This document shows positions 8,154-17,231 of a stretch of 64,000 bases of DNA, one piece after another. Below the pieces are notes generated by a model. The model saw only the letters and a list, made by a program, of their open reading frames with translations, was not told the origin of the DNA and did no database searches. The first letter of the stretch is position 1; each line of letters begins with the position of its first letter. A program made the translations under genes and the position numbers. Source of the stretch: a bacterium (GTDB lineage: Bacteria > UBA8248); contig OZ241326.1 of NCBI GenBank assembly GCA_965199855.1, positions 2,880,001 through 2,944,000 on the forward strand. The letters are read 5' to 3'.

Positions 8154-9050
8154 TCAGATGCCCGCGAAGCCCGTCCGGAAGATGAGCCAGGCGGAAACGG
8201 CGTTCAGCCAGTTCGAGACGAGCAGGACGCCCACGAGCAGGAGCATGGCGCCGCTGGCGATTTCCACGCCGCGAAAATACCGCCTGAACGACCGGTGGAA
8301 CCGGAAGAACCAGCCCACGCCCAGACCGCTCAGGAGGAACGGAACGCCCAGCCCGGCGGAATACGCCGCCAGGAGCGCGACGCCCTGCCCCGCCGTCTCC
8401 CGCGTGCCCGCGAACAGGAGGATGCCGCCCAGAATCGGGCCGACGCACGGCGTCCAGCCGGCGGCGAAGGTGACGCCCACCAGCAGGCTGCCGAGCCAGC
8501 CGGCGGGTCTGGCGCGCAGCATGACGCGCTTCTCGGAGGAGAGGGCGGGCGCGAAGGCCGCCGCCAGGACGTAGAGGGCGAGCGCGGCGAGCGCCCCGCC
8601 CGGCGCCGGCCACCCCCCGCGCAGCCCCGCCAGCCCCGCCAGAAAAGCGAGAGAGGCCAAGGCGCCGACCGCGCCCGCGGGCTTCGCCGCGAGGAATCGC
8701 CCCCCCCGGAAGTCGAGCGCGCGATCTCCCACGTAGAGCCCGAACGAGGCGATCAGGACGCCGCCCAGAAGCCGCACGTGATCCTGGTAGGCGAACAGCA
8801 GTCCGCCCAGGAAGGAGGCGCTCGCCCCCAGGATGACGAAGACGAGGGAGAACCCCGCCACGAAGAACAGGGCGTTCGCCAGGACGGCGCCCCGGACGCG
8901 CGCCGCCTCGCCGCTCTCCCGGAGCTCCTCGTAGGAGAGGCCCGTCAGATAGCAGAGATAGCTGGGAACCAGGGGGAGGATGCACGGGGAGGCGAAGCTC
9001 AGCCCCCCGGCCAGAAAGGCCAGCCCGAGGGATACGTCTTCCGGGGCCAT
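8154..9050 (-). CDS. ccdA: Cytochrome c biogenesis protein CcdA (DsbD transmembrane family)
   Basis: AFLAGGLSFASPCILPLVPSYL and FAAGWTPCVGPILG, the two redox Cys motifs. Confidence 0.9.
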   Translation of the reverse strand: MAPEDVSLGLAFLAGGLSFASPCILPLVPSYLCYLTGLSYEELRESGEAARVRGAVLANALFFVAGFSLVFVILGASASFLGGLLFAYQDHVRLLGGVLIASFGLYVGDRALDFRGGRFLAAKPAGAVGALASLAFLAGLAGLRGGWPAPGGALAALALYVLAAAFAPALSSEKRVMLRARPAGWLGSLLVGVTFAAGWTPCVGPILGGILLFAGTRETAGQGVALLAAYSAGLGVPFLLSGLGVGWFFRFHRSFRRYFRGVEIASGAMLLLVGVLLVSNWLNAVSAWLIFRTGFAGI

Positions 9051-9087
9051 GAATTTCCCCTGTCGAGAGGCGGCGGCCGCGCTTCGG

Positions 9088-9567
9088 CTACCTTACCACG
9101 ACCTCGGCGAACGCCGCGCCCTCGCCTGCGGGCACGCCCGTGACGAAATACCGATAGACGCCCGCGCGCGCGAACGCGACGCTCGCCGTCGCGCCCGAAT
9201 CGAAGGCGGCGCTCACATACGCGCCGTCGGGGGCGAGAAAAAAGAGCGTCGGCGAGCGCGCCGCCTTCGCCAGCGCGGCGCCCGCGCTGAACACCACCGA
9301 GGAATAGCCGCGCGTGGCGTTGAACCAGATGACCGTGGCGCCCCGTTCGATGCGCAGCTTCTTGGGAAAGACGCCGTCCGGATCGATGCGCGCGACGTGA
9401 AACTTCCCGAAGCCGGGAAAGCGCGGCTTCTCCGCCCGCGCGCCCCGCCCCGCATCGGCGGCCGACGCGCCGGCGGGCGCGAGCGGCGCGCCGGCGAGCA
9501 GCCCCGCCGCCAGCAGGGCCGGCAAAGCGCGGGCAACGCTCCCGAAGCGCGTGGGGGTTCGCGTCAA
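9088..9567 (-). CDS. Exported cupredoxin-fold-like protein lacking canonical Cu ligands
   Basis: TTG start overlapping the purA stop, GGAGG SD, signal peptide, FPKKLRIERGATVIWFN and FARAGVYRYFV motifs. Confidence 0.55.
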   Translation of the reverse strand: MTRTPTRFGSVARALPALLAAGLLAGAPLAPAGASAADAGRGARAEKPRFPGFGKFHVARIDPDGVFPKKLRIERGATVIWFNATRGYSSVVFSAGAALAKAARSPTLFFLAPDGAYVSAAFDSGATASVAFARAGVYRYFVTGVPAGEGAAFAEVVVR

Positions 9568-10886
9568 TTTCCGGCCTCCTCGCTCCCGTCGAACGGATTG
9601 CGGATGCAGATCGTGTCCTCTCGGGCGGGGCCCGTGGAGATGAGCCACACCGGCCTGTCCGTCAGCTCCTCAAGCCGCCTGATGTAGTCCTTCGCCCGGG
9701 GCGGGAGGTCGTCGTAGTTCCTCACGCCCCCGGTGGGAGCCATCCAGCCGGGGAACTCCGCATAGACGGGCTCGCACCGCTCGAGAATCGAGGTCTCCGC
9801 CGGGAACGCCGTCAGGCGCTCTCCATCGCACTCGTAGCCCACGCACACCCGAATCGTCTCCTGGCCGTCGAGCACGTCGAGCTTCGTCACCGCTATCGCG
9901 TCCATGCCCGCCACCTGGACGCAGTGGCGCGCCGCCACGGCGTCGAACCATCCGCACCGCCTCGGTCTGCCCGTGGTCGCGCCGAACTCCGCGCCCTCCT
10001 CGCGCAGCCGGGCGGCGTCCTCGCCCTTCATCTCGGAGGGAAACGGCCCCTGCCCCACCCGCGTGCAATACGCCTTCATAATGCCGAACACCGCGCTCAC
10101 CCGGCTGCAGGGCAGCCCCAGACCGCTCATCGCCGCGCCCACGCCGGTGTTGCTCGACGTCACGTAGGGGTAGGTGCCCATGTCCAGGTCGAGGAGAATG
10201 CCCTGCGCGCCCTCGAGCAGGATTTTCCGGTTCCGGCTCAGCGCGTCGCTGATTTCCGCGTCCGTGTTCCGCACGTGAGGTCCCAGCGTCTCCCGCACCC
10301 GGGCGCACACCTCCAGAACGCGCCCCTCGTCCAGGGCGCCGCGCTCCTCCTCGCGCAGCGCGATGCCGCCCAGCAGCTTCTTCTTGAGGGCCAGGCTGAC
10401 GCGGATGCGATCCGTAAGCGTCTTCTCGTCGAACAGATCCGATATCCGCACCCCCAGCCGCGCCGCCTTGTCGGAATAGGCCGGCCCGATGCCCCGGCCC
10501 GTCGTCCCGATGCGGTTGACGCCCAGCAGCTCCTCCATGTGGGAGTCGAGCGCCTTGTGGTAGGGCATGATGAGGTGCGCCCGCTTGCCGACGACCAGGT
10601 TCTCGCCGATTTCGACGCCCTCGGAGCGGAGGTATTCGATCTCCTCCACCAGGGCGAGCGGGTCCACCACCACGCCGGAGCCGATGATGCACTTCACCCC
10701 CTCGTGCAGGATGCCCGTGGGGATCAGGTGAAGAATGTATTGCCTGCCGCCGGCCACCACCGTATGGCCCGCGTTGGCGCCCCCCTGGTAGCGGGCCACC
10801 ACGTCCGCCTGGCGCGCCAGCCAGTCGATGACCTTCCCCTTCCCCTCGTCTCCCCACTGGCCGCCGAGGATCGCCAGAACGCTCAT
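9564..10886 (-). CDS. purA: Adenylosuccinate synthetase
   Basis: GGQWGDEGKGK, GGANAGHT, GTTGRGIGPAY, EGAQG...GTYPYVTSS, GATTGRPRRCGWFD; ATG 10886 overlaps the hisZ stop. Confidence 0.98.
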   Translation of the reverse strand: MSVLAILGGQWGDEGKGKVIDWLARQADVVARYQGGANAGHTVVAGGRQYILHLIPTGILHEGVKCIIGSGVVVDPLALVEEIEYLRSEGVEIGENLVVGKRAHLIMPYHKALDSHMEELLGVNRIGTTGRGIGPAYSDKAARLGVRISDLFDEKTLTDRIRVSLALKKKLLGGIALREEERGALDEGRVLEVCARVRETLGPHVRNTDAEISDALSRNRKILLEGAQGILLDLDMGTYPYVTSSNTGVGAAMSGLGLPCSRVSAVFGIMKAYCTRVGQGPFPSEMKGEDAARLREEGAEFGATTGRPRRCGWFDAVAARHCVQVAGMDAIAVTKLDVLDGQETIRVCVGYECDGERLTAFPAETSILERCEPVYAEFPGWMAPTGGVRNYDDLPPRAKDYIRRLEELTDRPVWLISTGPAREDTICIRNPFDGSEEAGN

Positions 10887-12178
10887 CGCCCCTCGTCCCT
10901 TCCGCCCACCCGGTCGAGGATTTCCGGGATCGGCCAGGCGCCCAGGTCCTCTCCGTCCGGCTCCAGGAGCCGCACCCTGCCGCCCCGCTTCCCGCCGCGC
11001 TGGACGACGAGGCATTTCGACACCCCCGCCGCCCGCGCGTATTCGAGCGAGCCTTCGAGGTCGCGGCGAATGATGTCGCGCGCCACCCGCCAGCCGCGCG
11101 CCCTGAGCCTGCGGGAAAGAAGGATGCCCGCCTGCTTCTCCCGCGTGAGGTCGATGACGAGAAAGTCCGTCCCGTTCACGCTCTCCGCCTCCGGCCCCGG
11201 CGCGGTGAGGGGGAGGAGCTGGTTCAGATCGACGGCGAAGCCCGTCCCCAGCGCGTCGTCGCCATACAGCCCCAGGAGCCTGTCGTAGCGCCCGCCGCCG
11301 CACACGGGATAGCCGGAGCCCTCGGCGAATCCCTCGAATATCACCCCCGTGTAGTAGTCGAAATCCTTGAAGTCGCACAGGTCGAAGAGGACGCGCTCGG
11401 AGAGGCCGTAAAGCTCGAGCATCCGGTACACCTTCAACAGCTCGCGGAGGGCGCCTCTCGCCGCCGGCGTCCTCGCCTTTTTCTCCACCCCCCGAAGGAC
11501 GTCGACGCCGCCGAAGCACTCGGGAACCCGCTCGAGGAGGCCCGCGTCCGTCTTCTCGCGCGGAAGCCGCGCCGCGAGGCTCGCCACCCCCGTGGAGTCG
11601 CGGCGCGCTATCGCCTCCAGCAGTTCGGCCCTCTGCGCCCCCTCCGCGCCCAGGGCGTTCAGAATGCCGCGCAGAAACGCGCCGTGGCTCAGGGACACGC
11701 GGAAGTTGTCCACCCCGTTCGCCAGGAGGCACTCCACGGCGATGGCGATCATCTCGGCGTCGGCCTCCAGGGAGACCAGTCCGATCAGCTCCACGCCCGC
11801 CTGCCAGAATTCCCTCTGCAGCTCCCCCGCCACGTGGGCGTGGCGAAAGACGTTCGCCGCGTAGGAGAGCCGCAGGGGCCGGGGGCGCGCGGCGAGAATC
11901 GTTCCCGCCGCCCGCGCGATCTGGGGGGTCATGTCCGCCCGGAGCGCCAGCAGCCCGCCGCTCTCCAGATCGACCATCCGGTAGGTCTGCGCGTCGAGCG
12001 CCTCCGCGCCCGGCCTGGGGACGTAGAACTCGAAGGCGGGCGTGAGGATTTCGCGGAATCCCCACTGCTCGAACACGCGGAGCAGGCGCTTCTCCACCTC
12101 TCGCTTGCGCCGCGCCTCGCCGGGCGGGAACACGCGCGAGCCGCCCGGAATGGCGCGCAGGGAGGCCGCCTGCCTCAC
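10883..12178 (-). CDS. hisZ: ATP phosphoribosyltransferase regulatory subunit HisZ
   Basis: HisRS paralog motifs (TPAFEF, LRADMTPQIAR, REFWQAGVELIG, DYYTGVIF, GGGRYD) in serA-hisZ-purA context; GTG start overlapping the serA stop. Confidence 0.88.
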   Translation of the reverse strand: MRQAASLRAIPGGSRVFPPGEARRKREVEKRLLRVFEQWGFREILTPAFEFYVPRPGAEALDAQTYRMVDLESGGLLALRADMTPQIARAAGTILAARPRPLRLSYAANVFRHAHVAGELQREFWQAGVELIGLVSLEADAEMIAIAVECLLANGVDNFRVSLSHGAFLRGILNALGAEGAQRAELLEAIARRDSTGVASLAARLPREKTDAGLLERVPECFGGVDVLRGVEKKARTPAARGALRELLKVYRMLELYGLSERVLFDLCDFKDFDYYTGVIFEGFAEGSGYPVCGGGRYDRLLGLYGDDALGTGFAVDLNQLLPLTAPGPEAESVNGTDFLVIDLTREKQAGILLSRRLRARGWRVARDIIRRDLEGSLEYARAAGVSKCLVVQRGGKRGGRVRLLEPDGEDLGAWPIPEILDRVGGRDEGR

Positions 12179-13821
12179 GGGAGGGCGTCTTCCGCTTCGG
12201 GCGCGGGAGCCGCGTCTCCGGGAGACGCCAGCTCGACGAGGCAGGCGTCGTAGATGTTGGGAATGGCGCGCACCTCCTCCATCGCGGACTCGGGCACCGG
12301 ATCGTCCAGCGTCAGGACGGCGACGGCCACGTCGTGCTTGCGCATCCGGCCGAGCTGCATCCCGGCGATGTTGATGCCGCGGCTCCCCAGCAGGGTGCCG
12401 ATTCGGCCGATCATGCCGGGGCGGTCGTCGTTGCGGAACACGAGGAGATAGCCCTCCAGGGCGACGTCGACCGAGAAATCGTCTATCCGCACGATTCTCG
12501 GCTCGTTCTTGCGGATGAAGGTGCCCGCCGCGGAGCGCTCGCCGGAGTCGGCCTTCACGCGAAGCTCGATCAAGTCCGCGTAGAGCAGGTTCTCCGAGCG
12601 GCTCGTCGTCCGCACCTCGATGCCGCGCTCCCTGGCCAGCGGCAGGCCGTTCACCAGGTTCACGCGCGCCCCCGAGAGCGCCTGTCCCAGCATCCCCTTG
12701 ATGGCCGAGGCGGCCAGCGCCTTCATGGGCATGTCGAGCGCGCCGCCGTAGATCACGTCGATCGCCTGGAGTCCCCCGCCCGTGAGCTGCGCCAGAAAAT
12801 CGCCGAGGCGCTCGGCCAGCGCCAGGTGCGGGCCGATCTGCTCCAATACCTCGGGGCCCAGCGCCGGCAGGTTCACGGCGTGCCCCACCACGCCCTCGGC
12901 GAGATACGCCACGACCTGCCTCGCCACGCTGATCGCCACGTTCTCCTGCGCCTCGGCGGTGGAGGCGCCCAGATGGGGGGTGCAGACCACGTCGTCGCGC
13001 CCGATGAGCGGGCCGTCCCGCTCCGGCGGCTCCTTGGCGTAGACGTCCACCGCCGCGCCCGCGACCTTTCCGCTGTCGAGCGCGGAGGCGAGCGCCGCCT
13101 CGTCTATCAGCCCGCCGCGCGCGCAGTTGATGATGCGGACGCCCTCGCGCATCCGGGCGATTTCCGCCGCGCCGATGAGGTTCCCCGTCTCGGCCGTCAT
13201 GGGCACGTGCAGGGTGACGTAGTCGGACTTCTCCAGCAGCTCCCCGAAGCCCACGGGGCTCACCCCGCGCCTGGAGAGCGTCTCGGCGGAGAGATAGGGG
13301 TCGTGGGCGATGACGTTCATGCCCAGGCTGCGGGCGAAAGCCGCCGTCTGCGAACCCACGCGCCCCATGCCCACGACGCCCAGCGTCTTGGAGGAGAGCT
13401 CGCTGCCCACGAAGCGGCTCCGCTCCCATCTGCCCTGCTTGAGGGAGGAGACCGCCGAGGGAATCTTGCGCGCCAGGGCGAACATCATGGCGATGGTGTG
13501 CTCCGCCGTGGTGATGACGTTGCCGTCGGGGGCGTTCACCACCAGGATGCCGAGCCGGCTGGCGGCCTCGAGGTCCACGTTGTCCACCCCGACGCCCGCG
13601 CGCGCGACCACCTTGAGCGACTCGCCGGCGCCCAGCAGCTCCTCGTCCACCCGCGTGCCGCTCCGCACGATGAGGGCGTCAGCCGACTTCGCGGCCTCGC
13701 GCAGCGCCTCGCGCCCGGAGCCGGCGCGGTCGAGAACCTCGAAGCCCTCCTCCGCCTCGAGGATGTCCCGCGCCCTCGGCGCGAGCGGCTCGCAGATCAC
13801 GACGCGAAACGCGCGGCTCAT
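12175..13821 (-). CDS. serA: D-3-phosphoglycerate dehydrogenase with ASB/ACT domains
   Basis: VARAGVGVDNVD, GVVGMGRVG, INCARGGLIDE, TPHLGAST, C-terminal DRPGMIG...INIAGM ACT domain. Confidence 0.96.
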   Translation of the reverse strand: MSRAFRVVICEPLAPRARDILEAEEGFEVLDRAGSGREALREAAKSADALIVRSGTRVDEELLGAGESLKVVARAGVGVDNVDLEAASRLGILVVNAPDGNVITTAEHTIAMMFALARKIPSAVSSLKQGRWERSRFVGSELSSKTLGVVGMGRVGSQTAAFARSLGMNVIAHDPYLSAETLSRRGVSPVGFGELLEKSDYVTLHVPMTAETGNLIGAAEIARMREGVRIINCARGGLIDEAALASALDSGKVAGAAVDVYAKEPPERDGPLIGRDDVVCTPHLGASTAEAQENVAISVARQVVAYLAEGVVGHAVNLPALGPEVLEQIGPHLALAERLGDFLAQLTGGGLQAIDVIYGGALDMPMKALAASAIKGMLGQALSGARVNLVNGLPLARERGIEVRTTSRSENLLYADLIELRVKADSGERSAAGTFIRKNEPRIVRIDDFSVDVALEGYLLVFRNDDRPGMIGRIGTLLGSRGINIAGMQLGRMRKHDVAVAVLTLDDPVPESAMEEVRAIPNIYDACLVELASPGDAAPAPEAEDALP

Positions 13822-14957
13822 TCGCCGAACGCCTCCTGCGCCGCCGCGAGGCCGCGTCCTTTTTCCACCGCGAAGCCGAGCTCCTCCAGGGTCGCCTCCA
13901 GCGCGGCGACGGTCGCCAGCACGTCGGCGGAATCCACGTATCCCAGGTGCCCGATTCTGAAAATCCTGCCGCTCAGGGCGCCCTGTCCGCCGGCGATGGT
14001 CACCCCGTGGGCGTCCTCCATCAGCAGGGGAATCGCTCTTCCGTCGATTCCCTCCGGGACGCGAACGGCGGTGAGCGCCTCGCTCCTCTCGTCCCTGGGG
14101 AATATCTCCAGCCCCATCGCCTCGACGGCCGCCCCCGTCGCCCGCGCCAGCAGCGCGTGGCGCGCGAAGATGCTTTCCAGCCCCTCCTCGCGCATCATAT
14201 CGAGCGCCGCGCCCAGCCCCTCCAGCAGGGAAATCGCCGGCGTCCAGGCGGTGGTATTCCTCCTCTGGCTCCGCCGCTCGATGGTCAGGTCGAAATAACG
14301 CCGGGGAGATCGGGAGTTATCCGCCGCCCGCCAGGCGCGCTCGCTCAGCCAGACGAAGGCGAGGCCCGGCGGGAGCATGAGCGCCTTCTGGCTTCCCGTG
14401 ACGACGGCGTCCAGCCCCCACGCCTCGGGCTGGAGATCATACACCCCGAGCGCCGTGATGGCGTCCGCCACGACGAGGGTGTCGGGCGATTTCTCGCGGA
14501 CGATCCGCGCGGCGGCGCGCGCGTCGTGCCTGGCGCCGGTGGAGGTTTCGCTCGCCTGCATGAGGAGCGCCCGATGCCCCCCGCGCGCGAGGCGCGCCTC
14601 GAGCTCGCCGGGATCGACCGAGCGCCCCCATTCGACCTTCAGAACGTCCGCCTCGACCCCGTAGGCCGCGCAAATCTCCGTCCAGCGCTCGCCGAACTTG
14701 CCGCCCTCGACCACGAGGGCGGAATCGCCCGGCGAGAGCAGGTTCGCAACGGCCGCCTCCATGCCGCCCGAGCCCGAGGCGGCGAGGGTGACGACCTCGC
14801 CCTCCGTCTGAAAGAGCCATTCGAGTCCCCGGCGGATTTCCCCGAAGCGGGCCTCGAACGCCCGCGCGCGGTGGTGCGTCAGGGGCCTCGCCATGGCTTC
14901 GAGCACCCGGGGGGGCGCCGGCGTGGGGCCGGGCGCCATGAGGCGCGGCTTGTTCAT
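13818..14957 (-). CDS. Class V PLP aminotransferase (alanine-glyoxylate/serine-pyruvate family; probable phosphoserine aminotransferase role)
   Basis: MAPGPTP, SGSGGMEAA, ETSTG, DAIT, TGSQKALMLPPGL (PLP Lys), FRIGHLG; directly upstream of serA. Start may instead be 14978. Confidence 0.9.
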   Translation of the reverse strand: MNKPRLMAPGPTPAPPRVLEAMARPLTHHRARAFEARFGEIRRGLEWLFQTEGEVVTLAASGSGGMEAAVANLLSPGDSALVVEGGKFGERWTEICAAYGVEADVLKVEWGRSVDPGELEARLARGGHRALLMQASETSTGARHDARAAARIVREKSPDTLVVADAITALGVYDLQPEAWGLDAVVTGSQKALMLPPGLAFVWLSERAWRAADNSRSPRRYFDLTIERRSQRRNTTAWTPAISLLEGLGAALDMMREEGLESIFARHALLARATGAAVEAMGLEIFPRDERSEALTAVRVPEGIDGRAIPLLMEDAHGVTIAGGQGALSGRIFRIGHLGYVDSADVLATVAALEATLEELGFAVEKGRGLAAAQEAFGE

Positions 14958-15079
14958 TTTCCGGGTTCTTTCCTTCATGCGTTCCCAAGAATCGCGGCGA
15001 TGAAGCGGGGGCGCAACCGCCGAAGGGTATCCCACTCCGGGGGAAGGATGTCAACCGGGAGAAGGGGCCGCGCGGCTCC

Positions 15080-15103
15080 GTAGGGGCGGTTCGGGAACCG
15101 CCC
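15080..15103 (+). repeat. Single GTAG REP
   Basis: GTAGGGGCGGTTCGGGAACCGCCC, identical to the copy inside the RAYT gene. Confidence 0.85.
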
Positions 15104-15190
15104 GCGCGGGTGACGCCAGCCCCCACGCTTGCTACGATTCACTATTGACAACCTGAACCAGCGGCATGTAGAAGATATTTTATTATCCGC

Positions 15191-15257
15191 TACGCCCGTA
15201 GGCGGGCGCGTATTTCGAGGCCCCTCACGGGTTTATTCGTGGGGGGCCTTCTGATTT
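15191..15257 (+). promoter_or_regulatory. Structured leader (two hairpins, the second terminator-like) upstream of the NYN gene
   Basis: CGCCCG-TAGG-CGGGCG (15193-15208); 15-bp stem 15217-15250 followed by CTGATTTTT; TTGACA at 15145-15150. Confidence 0.55.
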
Positions 15258-15848
15258 TTGAAAGTAGCGGTTCTTATCGACGGCGGCTACCTTCGGGTTT
15301 TGGTTCGGCAAGCCGGATATCGCTACGATCCGGCCTACATTGAGGCTATTTCACAAGCCTGCGTCCTGTCTGATGAAATTCTGCTTCGCGTCCTCTACTA
15401 CGACTGCGCCCCGTATCAGGGAAACCCCAGGCTCCCGGTGTCGGGCAAACCCGCCAATTTTCAAGGATCGGACGAATGGCTCAAAATTCTCACCGCCCGG
15501 CCCTGTTTCGCCGTTCGACGGGGAACCCTGAAGTTCCGGGGTTTCGCGCCGAAAAAGACGCCTATCGCACCGAGCGCTTTATCCGATGGCGACTTCAAGC
15601 CCCAGTTCGAGCAAAAAAGCGTCGATATGCGAATCGGCCTCGACATCGCCATCTATGCCGCCAACCGGTCGGTAGAGCGAATTATCCTGATCACCGGAGA
15701 CACCGACTGTTTGCCGGCCCTGAAACTCGCTCGCACCGCCGGTCTTCAGATCGCGCTCGTTCAACTCCCGCAACAGCGGCTCGCGCGAGAACTGCTTTGG
15801 CATTCCGACTTTCAAAGACCAGTTGAGTGGCCGAAACAACAAGCATAG
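15258..15848 (+). CDS. NYN domain (LabA/DUF88, PIN-fold) ribonuclease
   Basis: VAVLIDGGY, RVLYYD, QKSVDMRIGLDI, ILITGDTDCLPALKLARTAG acidic motifs; less GC-biased than its neighbours. Confidence 0.92.
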   Translation: MKVAVLIDGGYLRVLVRQAGYRYDPAYIEAISQACVLSDEILLRVLYYDCAPYQGNPRLPVSGKPANFQGSDEWLKILTARPCFAVRRGTLKFRGFAPKKTPIAPSALSDGDFKPQFEQKSVDMRIGLDIAIYAANRSVERIILITGDTDCLPALKLARTAGLQIALVQLPQQRLARELLWHSDFQRPVEWPKQQA

Positions 15849-16094
15849 CCCTTCTCCATATTCCTGTCTCCGCCCCCCGAAGCCGAAGGCGCGGGAACCA
15901 GGCTCGCATCCTGTCCGCACTGATTCCCTTGCTATGAGGTGCTGGCCCGCCATGCGAACCATACATGGCTCATGCGATTGCTTCTGGATTGCGGCTTTCA
16001 CTGAAAAACGGCGGCCGGACTTCATCGCCGCCCGATGAGGAAAGGCGGGGGGCAGGATGATCGCCCGGCGCGGAGGGCAAGCATGGTTTGTTTT

Positions 16095-16124
16095 CGTAGG
16101 GGCGGTTCCCGAACCGCCCCTACG
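16095..16124. repeat. Double-footed GTAG REP upstream of RAYT
   Basis: CGTAGGGGCGGTTCCCGAACCGCCCCTACG, a near-perfect palindrome with GTAG on both strands. Confidence 0.9.
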
Positions 16125-16305
16125 GACTCGCTGGGTCTCTCGCTTGATGGCGTGGAATGGAAATTTACGCCTCCCTTCCCCGCGGCCGGATCGGACATCC
16201 AGATTCCTCCCGAATCGACGACGAATTATCATCCTCGCTTCCGCGTGATATACGGAATCAAGGCGCGATTGGACGGACGAAAAACAAAGGGCCGCGATTT
16301 TGAAA

Positions 16306-16848
16306 ATGCCGCAGAGGAAGATGAGCAGGCTCGGCGAATACGATTATTCTCGAAGAGGATATTATTTCGTGACGGTTTGCGCGCAAAACCGCAGGAGCAT
16401 GTTCGGCGAGATCGTGAAAGGAAAAATGCTCTCAAGCGAAACGGGGCGCATTGTCGCCGAATCACGGGAATGGCTGGAGGGAAGATACGGTTACGTGGAG
16501 CTGGACGCATGGGTGGTTATGCCGAATCACCTGCACGGCATCGTGAGCATTCGCGACGCGCGCGCGGGCGAGAATGTCCGTAGGGGCGGTTCGGGAACCG
16601 CCCGCGCAAAAACATCGGGACATGCGAAGCCATTGGGCCGCCTGATTGGAGCATTCAAAACAGTATCGACCAAACGCTTCAACGAGCATCACGGCGCGCG
16701 CGAAACAAAATTATGGCAACGATCGTTTTACGACCGCATCATCCGGGGCGACGCGGAACTGAATCGCGTCCGGGAGTATATTCAGAACAATCCGTTGCTG
16801 TGGGCGCTCGACAAGGACAACCCGGACAACTGGACGGCGCCGCCGTAA
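16306..16848 (+). CDS. REP-associated tyrosine transposase (RAYT/TnpA-REP, Y1 HUH nuclease)
   Basis: RLGEYDYS...YFVTVC, VVMPNHLHG (HUH), IGAFK, LWQRSFYDRIIR, REYIQNNP (catalytic Tyr); flanked by GTAG REPs. Confidence 0.95.
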   Translation: MPQRKMSRLGEYDYSRRGYYFVTVCAQNRRSMFGEIVKGKMLSSETGRIVAESREWLEGRYGYVELDAWVVMPNHLHGIVSIRDARAGENVRRGGSGTARAKTSGHAKPLGRLIGAFKTVSTKRFNEHHGARETKLWQRSFYDRIIRGDAELNRVREYIQNNPLLWALDKDNPDNWTAPP

Positions 16849-16941
16849 GTTCATCCCCCCGAAATCGAAGGCGGCTGGGCGGGATGGTCGTCCGGTTCCG
16901 CAAGGGCGGCATCCTGTGCCCGCCCGGCGCGGTTCGCCTTC

Positions 16942-17115
16942 GTAGGGGCGGCTCGCGAGCCGCCCGCGCGGAATCATCTCCCGCGAAGGCCGGAATCCGG
17001 AAGCCGCGCAGGGGCAGGTCGCGACCTGTGGGACGCCCCCAAGGAGGGGGCGTCACTACGAAATCATAGCGAACCGGCAATCACGGGGCGGCGCCGGGAA
17101 GGGGCCGCCCCCCCG
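16942..17115. repeat. REP cluster downstream of RAYT
   Basis: GTAGGGGCGGCTCGCGAGCCGCCC 16942-16965, a degenerate GAAGGCCGGAATCC unit, and GGGGCGGC...GCCGCCCC. Confidence 0.75.
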
Positions 17116-17140
17116 CGGTAAATCAATTCACCGCCCGCGC

Positions 17141-17170
17141 AAAAAAAACCGGGGGGCTTTCGCCCCCCGG
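17141..17170 (-). terminator. Rho-independent terminator of the porin gene
   Basis: CCGGGGGGC-GAAA-GCCCCCCGG followed by T8 on the minus strand. Confidence 0.9.
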
Positions 17171-17231
17171 CAGCCGTCCGCGTCACGCGAACGGGATGCT
17201 TCTTTCCGCTGCGAAACTCCGGCGTCCTAGG

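Noticed and set aside
9564-13429. 833-aa and 848-aa ORFs as fusion proteins (likewise 37377..40256, 53941..56385, 50317..51354)
   Set aside because: The N-terminal extensions are alternative frames of the upstream genes; true starts overlap or follow the preceding stop codons.
15850-16090. Possible antitoxin ORF downstream of or antisense to NYN
   Set aside because: The ORFs there lack an SD and any recognisable motif.
16306-16848. IS200/IS605 insertion sequence
   Set aside because: No tnpB; RAYT-type motifs (YDYS, WQRSFYDRIIR, YIQNNP) and GTAG REP flanks instead of IS200 ends.
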